From the IMG/VR virus record IMGVR_UViG_3300027811_000003, positions 49,290 to 113,289 of that record: a stretch of 64,000 bases of DNA; one strand, 5' to 3'. The notes under the pieces were generated by a model that saw only the letters and a list, made by a program, of their open reading frames with translations, was not told the origin of the DNA and searched no databases. This document shows positions 8,387 to 17,511 of this stretch, piece after piece. A program made the position numbers and the translations under genes. This DNA is from a virus. Position 1 is the first letter of the stretch; each line of letters opens with the position of its first letter.

Positions 8387-9293
8387 GTATGTCCTCTATC
8401 AATCTTTCTAGTATGTCTGAACTTATAGAATGACCTGCCGCTCTCTTATGCCCGCCGCCGCCGAACAGTTGCGCGAGCTTGGACACGTCGTAATCTCTTG
8501 ACCTAAAGCTTACACTTCCTTTCTCAACGTTTATCTGACATGCTACGTCCAAATCCTTTCTTCTAGCAAGAAGTCTGTTAAGCAACGGAGAAGTGTTGTT
8601 ATCTGACGACACGATGTACCCAACGCTTATTTCGCTTCCGTCTATCGTGAGTTGCTTTTCGCGCACTTTTCCGATCAAATCTTCTATTATTCGTTCTTTC
8701 CTGTCTCCGATCATCGACACAATTTCTTTTTCGTCTACGTCGAATATGCTTTCTCTGTACACATTTCTACCGTAACGAAATCTATCTACGAAGTTGTCGC
8801 TTCCGACGAAAGCATGAAACGCAGACAAGTCATCCGACTCTGGAATTTTCTTTGTCCAGAGATCGTCATCCTGAATAATACGAGAAAGCTTGTACGAATA
8901 GTCATCTGACAATTCGAGATAAAGCCTAAGCAATTCTGTGCCACATTTTTCTTGATCTATCAAGCACCAGCTTTCGTTTGTCAAGTGAGAAGCCGTGTTG
9001 TGATGGTCAAGAAGAACGCAGTTGCCTCTTTTTTCAAGCAACTTGTGGTCGTCGTGGTCCTTTGCAAACCCGACATCTGCAAAAATCAAAAACTTGTCAT
9101 TTAAATCATGAAGATTTCTGTTTATGAACCTTCCAACTTCGCCAGCGTTTACTTCGTAGATGCTGCTTTTATCACCGCCAGCGCGCAAGAACATGATCTT
9201 CGCGCCGCTGCCGTCAAGACAATTCTTGTGAGTCACAAGCACTGCGTCTTCTATGTTTTGAAAACGAGGTAACGATTTTATTGAAGCCATCAT
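8376..9293 (-). CDS. DHH/DHHA1 phosphoesterase
   Basis: HxxCLDG, AD, LDHH, SFRS, GGGGHKRAAG. Confidence 0.9.
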   Translation of the reverse strand: MMASIKSLPRFQNIEDAVLVTHKNCLDGSGAKIMFLRAGGDKSSIYEVNAGEVGRFINRNLHDLNDKFLIFADVGFAKDHDDHKLLEKRGNCVLLDHHNTASHLTNESWCLIDQEKCGTELLRLYLELSDDYSYKLSRIIQDDDLWTKKIPESDDLSAFHAFVGSDNFVDRFRYGRNVYRESIFDVDEKEIVSMIGDRKERIIEDLIGKVREKQLTIDGSEISVGYIVSSDNNTSPLLNRLLARRKDLDVACQINVEKGSVSFRSRDYDVSKLAQLFGGGGHKRAAGHSISSDILERLIEDIHGI

Positions 9294-12010
9294 AACACAG
9301 CTTTCTGCGGAAGGTCACAAACTCCGTTCCTACAGTTGTCGTTGCTCAAAGCTCCAGCTGACTCTGAGTCTATGTGTTTCATTGCTTCCTCAAGAGACAT
9401 CGGAGTTATCGGTTGTTCTTCTCTGCTGCCCTCTGGATAAACTGTCAACCCCTTGACATCTGGCAAATATTCCATGACAAGGTTTGACAGCTCACTTTCA
9501 GAAGTTCCCTGCGGAACGTTCACAGTCTTCGATATAGCGTTGTCTACGTGTCTTTGACAAACTCTCTGCATGTCGAAATGATTTCGCATTGACAACTCGT
9601 GAGCACTCTGGAAGTGCGAAACGTCTCTTCCTTCTCTCACGAATTTCTTGAACAACGGGTGGATGATAGTCTCAGACTTGAGTTCGTCTCCGACTCTGAA
9701 TTTCCTTGTCCATCCAGGACCGAACGACGGTTCGATCGCGCTGTCGACGTCGCACACTATCGACGTCGTTCCAGTGGGAGCAGTTGTCAAGATCGCGCAG
9801 TTGCGTATGCCATGTTTTCTGATAGACGAACGAATCGACGGCTTGAGAGTCTTGACGAATCCTCCCTTCAAAAACTGATCTGCATCAAACTTTTGGAAAG
9901 GACCTTTTTCTTCTGCGAGTTTCACGCTTGCTTCGTAAGCTCTGTTCTTGACGTGTTCCATAAGTTTGTCTGTGAATTCAAGCGCTTCGTCAGACCCGTA
10001 TTTCATTCCCAGCAACAGCAACAAGCTAGACAATCCCATCACGCCCATTCCTATGCGTCTCTCTCCCAAGCTCACCTCTTTGATCTCTGGCAATGGATGA
10101 TTGTTGACAGTAATAATATCATCCAAAAATCTTACGGCTAAATCAACAGTTGAATCGATAAGTTTCCAATCAATGTGAAATTTGTCTCCGCTGTTCTTCA
10201 CAAAACGAGGAAGCACAAGAGAACCTAAGCAACACGAAAAATATGCAGGTCCCCACACTTCTCCACAATTTTTAACACAAATTCCAGAAGACACTATCGC
10301 TTTTTCATCTTGTTTGCTAGTAACAACATGATAGTTATGATTATCGTCTACTGTTATGTTGTAAACATCTTCGTAGCAATCAAATTCTACTTTCAAAACT
10401 TTATGATTTTGAGATACTTGATTTTTGAAATTAGTCCAAGAACCAAATCTAAATTCGTTCGACAAAAAAATTGGCATTCCACATTCTTTTGCTCGTTTTG
10501 ACCATAAGCTTTTCGAAATTCTGCCGTTTTCTATGAAAAGCTTTCTTCCTTCATCGAGAATTTGTTCATTTGTAAAATTTGAATATCTTGGATTGGACAT
10601 TCCAGGATGAGACGAGGATACAAATCTCCACTTGAATTTCAATTCATCTGACATTCTGTGATATGGATTTAATTTTCCTCTCATGTTCTTTGCGTGAAGT
10701 TCTCTATGCTCTTCATGCGACATTACTTTAAGATTTTCAAATCTGTCATCTGTGCAATCACAATTAACATGATGTATTGCAAATTCCTTCGCGTCAACTG
10801 GTACACTGTTAAATTCATGAATAAGACGATACTGACGTCTATTTCTTCTGAAATTTCCTTGAATCTCTCCTGAATTGCAAATTTGTCTATAGGAGTTCGA
10901 ATCAAAAGAATTAAACGGAAAAATGCTATCATTCTCTTTCAAGGACTGTAACTCACGATATTCTAAATTCCTCAAAAGAATTTTATGATCGGGAGTAGCT
11001 CTGACAACTGAGCCATCGTCAAGAGTAAGTTTCCAAACTTCTTTTTTGACACCAGTAATTCTAGGATGTCTTCCCATTTTTATTTCAACTTTTCCAGTCT
11101 CAAGATTAGTTGAGTAAACGGGAACGTCCTTACATTCATCTGAAAGTTGTTTTATCGAAACGGCGTTCCTGCCATCTGCTGTAGCTATCAGAGTATCTCC
11201 CGTGACACAGGGATTCGTGGTTATAAGAGGGTAAAGATATGAAACGTTTGACATCTTGTTAGCAAGATAGCTGTTCAAGATACCCGGTTCACCGCACTTA
11301 AGCGCGTTCAGAATCACCTTTTTCCACAAAGCTTTCGCGCTTAACGTGTTTATCGTCCTGCCGTTGAACACCAAGTTGAACTGCTCGTCTTTACGCACCT
11401 TTTCGAAGAACGCTTCTGGATCGGTAGCGAAGTTTATCGAAACGTTGGCGTTATTGAGTTGCTTGAGATCAAGCTTCTTGTCAAGAAATTCTTCTATGTC
11501 GCCGTGGTCGTGATTCAAGCTGAACATCAGCGCAGTTCGTCTACCTCCTCCAGCTTTGATCACTTCGCCGGCAGAGTTCAATATCTCAAACAAGCTGACA
11601 GCACCCGTCGCTTTGCCACCAGAGCCATTTATGAAAGTCCCTCTAGGTCTTATCGGAGAGCCGTTCAGCCCAACTCCTCCACCAGTGCCAGCTATTACTA
11701 TCATGTCGTATGCTGTCGTTCCCCATCCTTCTCTGCTGTCGACTGTTGGAATTCCGAAACAATTTGACAACTGACCCTTTGGTCTTCCGGCTCCATACCA
11801 AATTCTGCCAGCTGGCATGAACGTGTTCGCACACAGAAAATCTTTGAATGTCTTTCTGTAAAGAGGAATGTTGTCGCCTTCTTCGGCGTAAGCGACGTGT
11901 TCTGCGAGTCTGCAACATGCGTCAAGCCACGTCTCTTTTTCGTGCAAGGTGTATCTCTTCTGAAAAATGTCAAGAGCAAAACCTGTGGGCTCGTATAACG
12001 TGCTAAACAT
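9290..12010 (-). CDS. nrdJ: Class II (adenosylcobalamin) ribonucleotide reductase with intein
   Basis: PAGR, SNCF, GGGVG, GGGRRTA, TNP[C]GE, CCLGS, RRIGMG, APTGTTS, ISKTVN, KGLTVY. Confidence 0.9.
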   Translation of the reverse strand: MFSTLYEPTGFALDIFQKRYTLHEKETWLDACCRLAEHVAYAEEGDNIPLYRKTFKDFLCANTFMPAGRIWYGAGRPKGQLSNCFGIPTVDSREGWGTTAYDMIVIAGTGGGVGLNGSPIRPRGTFINGSGGKATGAVSLFEILNSAGEVIKAGGGRRTALMFSLNHDHGDIEEFLDKKLDLKQLNNANVSINFATDPEAFFEKVRKDEQFNLVFNGRTINTLSAKALWKKVILNALKCGEPGILNSYLANKMSNVSYLYPLITTNPCVTGDTLIATADGRNAVSIKQLSDECKDVPVYSTNLETGKVEIKMGRHPRITGVKKEVWKLTLDDGSVVRATPDHKILLRNLEYRELQSLKENDSIFPFNSFDSNSYRQICNSGEIQGNFRRNRRQYRLIHEFNSVPVDAKEFAIHHVNCDCTDDRFENLKVMSHEEHRELHAKNMRGKLNPYHRMSDELKFKWRFVSSSHPGMSNPRYSNFTNEQILDEGRKLFIENGRISKSLWSKRAKECGMPIFLSNEFRFGSWTNFKNQVSQNHKVLKVEFDCYEDVYNITVDDNHNYHVVTSKQDEKAIVSSGICVKNCGEVWGPAYFSCCLGSLVLPRFVKNSGDKFHIDWKLIDSTVDLAVRFLDDIITVNNHPLPEIKEVSLGERRIGMGVMGLSSLLLLLGMKYGSDEALEFTDKLMEHVKNRAYEASVKLAEEKGPFQKFDADQFLKGGFVKTLKPSIRSSIRKHGIRNCAILTTAPTGTTSIVCDVDSAIEPSFGPGWTRKFRVGDELKSETIIHPLFKKFVREGRDVSHFQSAHELSMRNHFDMQRVCQRHVDNAISKTVNVPQGTSESELSNLVMEYLPDVKGLTVYPEGSREEQPITPMSLEEAMKHIDSESAGALSNDNCRNGVCDLPQKAVL
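10268..11209 (-). mobile_element. Intein with HNH homing endonuclease (314 aa) in the RNR active-site NPCGE motif
   Basis: TNP|CVTGDT...ATPDH...IHHVNCDCTDDRFENL...VYNITVDDNHNY...CVKN|CGE; AT-rich relative to the flanks. Confidence 0.92.
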
Positions 12011-13394
12011 TTTGACTATCTCCGGCCTTAGAATGTGAGAAAAGAGAGTTGTATCTTTCAGCCATTACTTTCTGCCTATTCTGACTGTTGTCCATGAACA
12101 ACGCGACTGGGTCATCTCCTTGTTCTAAAATCTTTACTTTGACTGTAGCTGTCTTCAGAGTGAAAGGATAAACCATGCCGTCCTGTCCCAACCTTGACTT
12201 AGCTACGAGCATTCTGCCAGAGTTGGTTTGCTTGTCTTCAGTCTTCCTAGACACAGTCAAAATGACGTCGCACACTTGCGCTTTGCCGTAACTCTCACCT
12301 ATTTGACTGACAGTGACAATCTCTGATTCAAGACCCGACCTGTTTGTCTGGTCTGCAGTTATTACGACAATGTTGAGCTCCTGAGCAAGCGCTCTCAAGT
12401 CTTCGTACGTTCCTTCCAACTCGAATCTCTTGTCTTTGGTGGCTCCAGATCCGCGAAGCAAGTCTGCGTAATCAACCAACAAAATGTCAGGTTTGAATTC
12501 ACGAGTGGCAGCTAAGCGCTGCAAATAAGCTCTGATAGTCTGAACGCTGGCTTGTTTAGTCGGCCATTCTTTGATGAACAAACGACCTTTAACCGTGTCG
12601 TTGATGACGTTTTGAACTTTGTCCTGATTGTTAGAAACTTCGTTGATCTCGACTCCAGAGTAATATGAATCGAAACGAATGCCGATCTTCCAGTCAGCCA
12701 TTTCCAAAGTGACGTAAACGACGTTGAGACCTTGTTCAAGAGCGGCCGCGCCGCAGTTGACCAAGAACATCGACTTTCCAGCTCCAGTTGGAGCGATAAA
12801 CGTGCTTAAAGTTTGCCTTTCCCAGCCGCCGTTGAATGCCTTGTCAAGCACTTGCCATCCAGTAGAGATTGGATGTCTGACTGACTTCTTTCCTCTCTGA
12901 GACAAGCATTCCTTGTACTCATGTCCGAGGTCTCTAGCAACGCCTTTGTTGAGAGAGTCATTGATGATCGTTCTGATCGAATCGTAGTTTCCGCTCTCCA
13001 TCTGGTCAATGGCTTTGATCAAACCTTCCTTCAGACTTTGCTTTCGTGCAAACTCTAGAAAAGTGTCTTGGATGTATCTCATGTCACCGTTTAAGTGAGT
13101 CACCTTTACTTTTTCGAGATACTCTTTTACCTGTGTTTTGACCAAGTCATCTTCGTCAGAGTTGTTCACAGTTATCGTCTCGAGAACGTCAAGCGACGGA
13201 TAAGTCTTGTATTTCTGTTTGAAATCGAAATACTTCTCAGCGACATGCTGCAAGTATCTCAGCTCGAAAAAATCGGGCTTGATGATGTCAGAAATTTGTT
13301 CTGCGAAAAGCGTGTCTTGTATAAACGCGTGACACGCCTTCTCTTGAAACGTTCTACCAAACTTTGCCAGACTCTCGACAGTTTCTTCGCTCAC
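12003..13394 (-). CDS. Replicative DNA helicase (DnaB/T4 gp41-like)
   Basis: APTGAGKS, YVTLEM, LVDYADLL, QTNR, KSR motifs. Confidence 0.92.
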   Translation of the reverse strand: MSEETVESLAKFGRTFQEKACHAFIQDTLFAEQISDIIKPDFFELRYLQHVAEKYFDFKQKYKTYPSLDVLETITVNNSDEDDLVKTQVKEYLEKVKVTHLNGDMRYIQDTFLEFARKQSLKEGLIKAIDQMESGNYDSIRTIINDSLNKGVARDLGHEYKECLSQRGKKSVRHPISTGWQVLDKAFNGGWERQTLSTFIAPTGAGKSMFLVNCGAAALEQGLNVVYVTLEMADWKIGIRFDSYYSGVEINEVSNNQDKVQNVINDTVKGRLFIKEWPTKQASVQTIRAYLQRLAATREFKPDILLVDYADLLRGSGATKDKRFELEGTYEDLRALAQELNIVVITADQTNRSGLESEIVTVSQIGESYGKAQVCDVILTVSRKTEDKQTNSGRMLVAKSRLGQDGMVYPFTLKTATVKVKILEQGDDPVALFMDNSQNRQKVMAERYNSLFSHSKAGDSQNV

Positions 13395-14134
13395 TCTTTT
13401 TCTCCGAGTTTCTTCATGACATCAACCCACATGGAAGCAGTCCTCTTCTTAAGCTTGTTCTTGTACTTATCTGTGAAATGCTTGTTTCCCGGTATGAGGT
13501 CCAAGACGAGTTTGAAAAAATCATCAGGTGATTTGCCTATTACTTTTAAGGCCTTGTCCTTGGATACCGTTGTTAAATAATCTTCAATTTGCGTAAGGCC
13601 TTGCTGAATTATGGCGTTTGACTCAAGAGGATCATTGAAATAATCAGCCTTCGTTGTCGAACCTGAGCGCTTCTTGTTAGTGAAATCTACAAACGCCTTT
13701 TTAGTTCCAGGAGCTCTTTCGAAGTCCATGTAGTGAACAAATTCGTGATAGAAAAGTCCGTTAGTTCTCTCCATGATCTTGGCGATGTTGCTTCCTTTTT
13801 GCAGCACTTTTCGCCATTCGTCGTCTGACATGTTCGCCGCCTTCGCAGGAACTTCGACAAACAGCACTATCTTCTTTTCTTTCTTGTTGACGTTGGTGAC
13901 AAACTTCGCGTCAGATTTCGATTTTTCGTCTTCAGCTCTCCTGACAAATTCGACAGACAAATCTTTCATAGAATCATCGTCAAGCAGATCTCCGACATTC
14001 ACGACGTTGCTTACTTTGCTTTTGTCTGTAACGAGAGCTTTGGTTATCTTGCCGTGAACGTCTATAGCTCTCTGCCTATATTTCGCGTCATCAGCTCCTT
14101 CGAAAAGCATAAAATATTCATCAAGTATTTTCAT
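13391..14134 (-). CDS. Hypothetical zincin-like protein (HExxH)
   Basis: FYHEFVHYMD and downstream YFNDPLESNA. Confidence 0.55.
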   Translation of the reverse strand: MKILDEYFMLFEGADDAKYRQRAIDVHGKITKALVTDKSKVSNVVNVGDLLDDDSMKDLSVEFVRRAEDEKSKSDAKFVTNVNKKEKKIVLFVEVPAKAANMSDDEWRKVLQKGSNIAKIMERTNGLFYHEFVHYMDFERAPGTKKAFVDFTNKKRSGSTTKADYFNDPLESNAIIQQGLTQIEDYLTTVSKDKALKVIGKSPDDFFKLVLDLIPGNKHFTDKYKNKLKKRTASMWVDVMKKLGEKE

Positions 14135-14136
14135 TT

Positions 14137-15105
14137 TCAGACCTCGTAAAGCGACTCAGATCGTATCTTGTAGCACTTGAGAACAGTGAATATGTCGTCC
14201 TGCAGCTGCAAGCCGTACAGCATCAGCTTCAATTTCGCTTCAGTGAACGAAAACGTCGGACGTTGTTCTAACGTAGATATGCGAATTGTCCTAGCTGAAC
14301 TAACGCTTATGCTAGGGTTTGACAGTTGCATCAATTTGATGTTCTCTAGCAGCTTGGGCCATTGGTCCAACACGCTTTTATACTTAGCTGACGAAGACGC
14401 ATTGAGCTCACAGTGGACGCGAATGTCTTCTAGCGTAGATTCTTTCTCAGACAAGAACGGAAAAAGCTTGACGACAGTCTTCAATCCAAAGCCGCCCAAC
14501 CCTTTTATGTTGTCAGACGAATCTCCCATCAAAGCTTTGGCGTAAATCCAGTTGTCTGGTCTGACGTTGAGATTCGTGAGCATGTCTCTGCAATTCCAGT
14601 AACATTTCTTCGATGGAGAATAAACGAGAGTGTTCTTGTCGATCAGCTGAAGCATGTCTTTGTCAGACGACACGATTATCTTTTGAACGTCGACGTATAT
14701 GTGCTTGCAGATGAGAGCTAAACCATCGTCCGCTTCTATGTCTTGAGCTTCTACTTGGATCATTCCGAGCAGCGTCAGCAGATTTTTAAGCTTCTTGAGT
14801 TGCGAAGACATGTTCGACGAAGACTCTTCGTTTGTCTCAGAGTCATCAGACCTGTTTAGTCTAACTTTGCGACCGCTCTTGTACTCTGAAAATATGCCGC
14901 GACGACGTCTAGAACCTCCTTCACCGTCCCACACCACTATCACTCTGTCTGGAGACACGTCTTCAATCAAGTTCTTGACAGATTTGAGAAATCCCGTTAT
15001 TCCACCCGACGGTTCACCGTCTGCGTTCGTGGTGGGGACAACGACGAAAGATCTTATGAAGACGTTGAGACCGTCGATCAACAACACTCGCTTCGGTGTC
15101 TTCAT
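14137..15105 (-). CDS. 5'-3' exonuclease / flap endonuclease (T4 RNase H-like)
   Basis: LIDGLN, VWDG, YKSGR, EADD, SSDKD, GDSSDNIKG. Confidence 0.93.
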   Translation of the reverse strand: MKTPKRVLLIDGLNVFIRSFVVVPTTNADGEPSGGITGFLKSVKNLIEDVSPDRVIVVWDGEGGSRRRRGIFSEYKSGRKVRLNRSDDSETNEESSSNMSSQLKKLKNLLTLLGMIQVEAQDIEADDGLALICKHIYVDVQKIIVSSDKDMLQLIDKNTLVYSPSKKCYWNCRDMLTNLNVRPDNWIYAKALMGDSSDNIKGLGGFGLKTVVKLFPFLSEKESTLEDIRVHCELNASSSAKYKSVLDQWPKLLENIKLMQLSNPSISVSSARTIRISTLEQRPTFSFTEAKLKLMLYGLQLQDDIFTVLKCYKIRSESLYEV

Positions 15106-15110
15106 CTCGT

Positions 15111-15629
15111 TCAGACCTTCTTAAACACGCCACCACTTGGACCTGCGCTAGGAGCCTTGTCTACGGCTCCCACGGACTCACTCTTGTGAAACAAAGGTTT
15201 CGCGTTATAGGTTCCACCCCTTACTTCGCTCGACTTCACCGTCGTCACTCCAGACATTCGAGACGGATCGTACGTCCTGTACGCGTCTATCTTTCTCAAG
15301 AACACCTTGACGAACTTTTGGTAGAAGCTCATCGGATTCTTTATTTCATCAAGAGGTTTCATCCTTCGCAAAATGTCGTTTACTAGCGGCAACCTGCTGT
15401 TCACAGTGCTGGAATTGAAGATAGAGTGCAGCACTTCACGTTCGGCGGCAGTCAACCGCTTGACATCGATACCGTGCAGCTTGCCGTGCCAGTTCGGATT
15501 CAAAACGAAAACTTCCTTGTAACGATCTCCAGTAGCGTCGTCAACTACTGTGTGGTTGTACGTGAAACGAAGAGTGTCTGCTGGCTTTACTCTTGCCGAC
15601 GCGAGAAGAAGATGAGTAGATTCTGTCAT
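15111..15629 (-). CDS. Possible DNA end-protector (T4 gp2-like) protein
   Basis: FTY...D...VFVL...HGIDVKRL...YRTY pattern reminiscent of gp2; from recall only. Confidence 0.4.
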   Translation of the reverse strand: MTESTHLLLASARVKPADTLRFTYNHTVVDDATGDRYKEVFVLNPNWHGKLHGIDVKRLTAAEREVLHSIFNSSTVNSRLPLVNDILRRMKPLDEIKNPMSFYQKFVKVFLRKIDAYRTYDPSRMSGVTTVKSSEVRGGTYNAKPLFHKSESVGAVDKAPSAGPSGGVFKKV

Positions 15630-16873
15630 GACTTCTGCTCTACGGCGACCTGTATCGCGCTTTCGACTTCGAGCAAGCTCTCAGTGTCAAGTTCAGCGTC
15701 CTTCGGAGCTTCGCCGTACTTCACGATCATGTTCTTTTCCAGCAGATCCAACACGAACTTTTTGACGTTTGGATCGCTCTTCACCAAGTCTGCCAGAGCA
15801 CGTTCTCTGAACTTAAGACCGCGGTCCTTTCCAGCGTACGCACCCTTCTCATCTAGCCTACCAGAAGGAAACTTCGACAAGTAACACCATCCGTCGTTCT
15901 TCTCTATTTCGCCACATTCGTGCAGTCGCTGAAACCAAGAACCTTCGTCGTCGATGCCAGACGCGAACAAGATGTCGAATTCGCATTTTCGCCACGGTGG
16001 CCCGATCCTGTTCTTGATTATTTTAGAAGACGTGTGAATGCCGTAAATGTCTCCAGCGTCTTCTCCAGTTTCAAGTCCTCCTTTCTTTTCTACCTTCTTC
16101 TTCTGACCAGCGAAAAGACGAATTCTCACAGAAGCGTGATACCCTATTGCTTTACCTCCCGGAGTAGTCATCGGGTCGCCGTACATCACGCCAATTTTGA
16201 TCTTGAGCTGATTCGTTATGACGAGAGCTATTCTTTCCTTGCCGATCATGTCAGTGATCTTTCTCATCATCTTAGACAGCAGCTTCGACTTCGCCAACTG
16301 CAAGTCCATGCTAAGATCGAAACTGCCTTCGACTTCTGCCTTCGTAGGAGACGCCGCCGCAGAATCGTAAATCACGACGACAAGCTTGTTAGGCGCTCTT
16401 GTCCTCACCATCGTGATCGTCTTCTCGATCGCCTCGCCTACCTCTTCCAGAGTGCCGGGTTGCAAATAGACGAGCTCGGAGATGTTCACTCCTACTCGTC
16501 GCAAGAAATCTGGATTCGCTGCGTTTTCGCTGTCGATGTACACGACTATTCCACCGCGCTTTTGACATTCAGCTGCGATGTGAGCACAAAGCAGAGACTT
16601 TCCTGACGCCTCTTCACCAGTGATCTCAGTGACCTTGCCGACTGGAATTCCACCGTCTCTTCTGTTTGAAATCGTGTAGTTAAGAAGAGTCGAGCCGGTT
16701 CCTATGAACTCTTTTACGTCAGTAGGACAATCGAGGTCAGACGCCAAACACCAAGCCATCTTGCCACGCTTGTCTTCATCTTTGTTGAACTCTTTGATCA
16801 ATAGTCTGCTTAGCTTGATGGAATCGACTTCTTCCTGCACTGTTTCTTCGCTCTCTTCCTTTTTCCTTGCCAT
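15626..16873 (-). CDS. recA: RecA/UvsX recombinase
   Basis: GEEASGKS, YIDSENA, DS, NQL, GDPMTTPGGKAIGYHASVRI, KNRIGPP. Confidence 0.95.
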   Translation of the reverse strand: MARKKEESEETVQEEVDSIKLSRLLIKEFNKDEDKRGKMAWCLASDLDCPTDVKEFIGTGSTLLNYTISNRRDGGIPVGKVTEITGEEASGKSLLCAHIAAECQKRGGIVVYIDSENAANPDFLRRVGVNISELVYLQPGTLEEVGEAIEKTITMVRTRAPNKLVVVIYDSAAASPTKAEVEGSFDLSMDLQLAKSKLLSKMMRKITDMIGKERIALVITNQLKIKIGVMYGDPMTTPGGKAIGYHASVRIRLFAGQKKKVEKKGGLETGEDAGDIYGIHTSSKIIKNRIGPPWRKCEFDILFASGIDDEGSWFQRLHECGEIEKNDGWCYLSKFPSGRLDEKGAYAGKDRGLKFRERALADLVKSDPNVKKFVLDLLEKNMIVKYGEAPKDAELDTESLLEVESAIQVAVEQKS

Positions 16874-16879
16874 TTCTTC

Positions 16880-17371
16880 TTACTCCCTTTGTGTTACACC
16901 TACGCGTTTACAAGATTCGTTGAGCTCGAACACGAGGTCTTCAGCCGAGCGATCTTTCCTGTTTACGATCAAATCTTTGATCTTGTCAACGTCTTCATGG
17001 AAATACTTCGCAAACAACGTCTTGTTTGTGGCAGAGTCAGATATGACGACTGACAAAACTTTGTCGTATTGAGCGCAAGCGATCGTCACAGCTTCAGTTT
17101 TTTCGTTCATCTCCCACAGCAGCTTGCCGAAAGGATTACGATGGTCGAACGCCATCGCCTCTACGTCAAGTTCATGTTTCAAAAACTCTCTCGCGATGAA
17201 CAATGAGTCTGGTGGAAAAGAAAATGACAAATGTCTGTCACCGATCACGGTGTCTCTGTCGATGACTTTGCTAACAGAAACAAGTTCTGGGATGTCATCG
17301 TTTGCTTCACCTTCGACCAACAAGCCATCGAAGCCCGCTCCTATGTCAGTTACGGAAAAGAATGTTTTCAT
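16880..17371 (-). CDS. Hypothetical protein
   Basis: ORF with GGAGA RBS. Confidence 0.6.
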   Translation of the reverse strand: MKTFFSVTDIGAGFDGLLVEGEANDDIPELVSVSKVIDRDTVIGDRHLSFSFPPDSLFIAREFLKHELDVEAMAFDHRNPFGKLLWEMNEKTEAVTIACAQYDKVLSVVISDSATNKTLFAKYFHEDVDKIKDLIVNRKDRSAEDLVFELNESCKRVGVTQRE

Positions 17372-17439
17372 TTTGTTCTCCTGCCGATGTAAATGTCATA
17401 TGTCTCTTTACGCAAATTCACTACTCTCGTGCTTGTCAT
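17368..17439 (-). pseudogene. 23-aa ORF resembling a DUF4326 N-terminus (truncated)
   Basis: GGAGA RBS then MTSTRVVNLRKETYDIYIGRRTK*; stop overlaps the next ATG. Confidence 0.5.
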
Positions 17440-17452
17440 TTCTCTCCTAGCA

Positions 17453-17495
17453 TGACGAAACTGCGGAGTCGAACCGCAGCAAACCGCTTTTCGTC
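17453..17495 (-). ncRNA. tRNA-like minihelix (acceptor-like stem plus T-arm, no anticodon arm)
   Basis: Minus strand GACGAAA-AGCGGTTTG-CTGCGG-TTCGACT-CCGCAG-TTTCGTC-A. Confidence 0.5.
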
Positions 17496-17511
17496 GTTTC
17501 AGTTATCTTGT

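Noticed and set aside
17453-17495. Canonical tRNA gene or intrinsic terminator
   Set aside because: Lacks D-stem, anticodon arm and CCA, and has no U-tract; reported as a tRNA-like element instead
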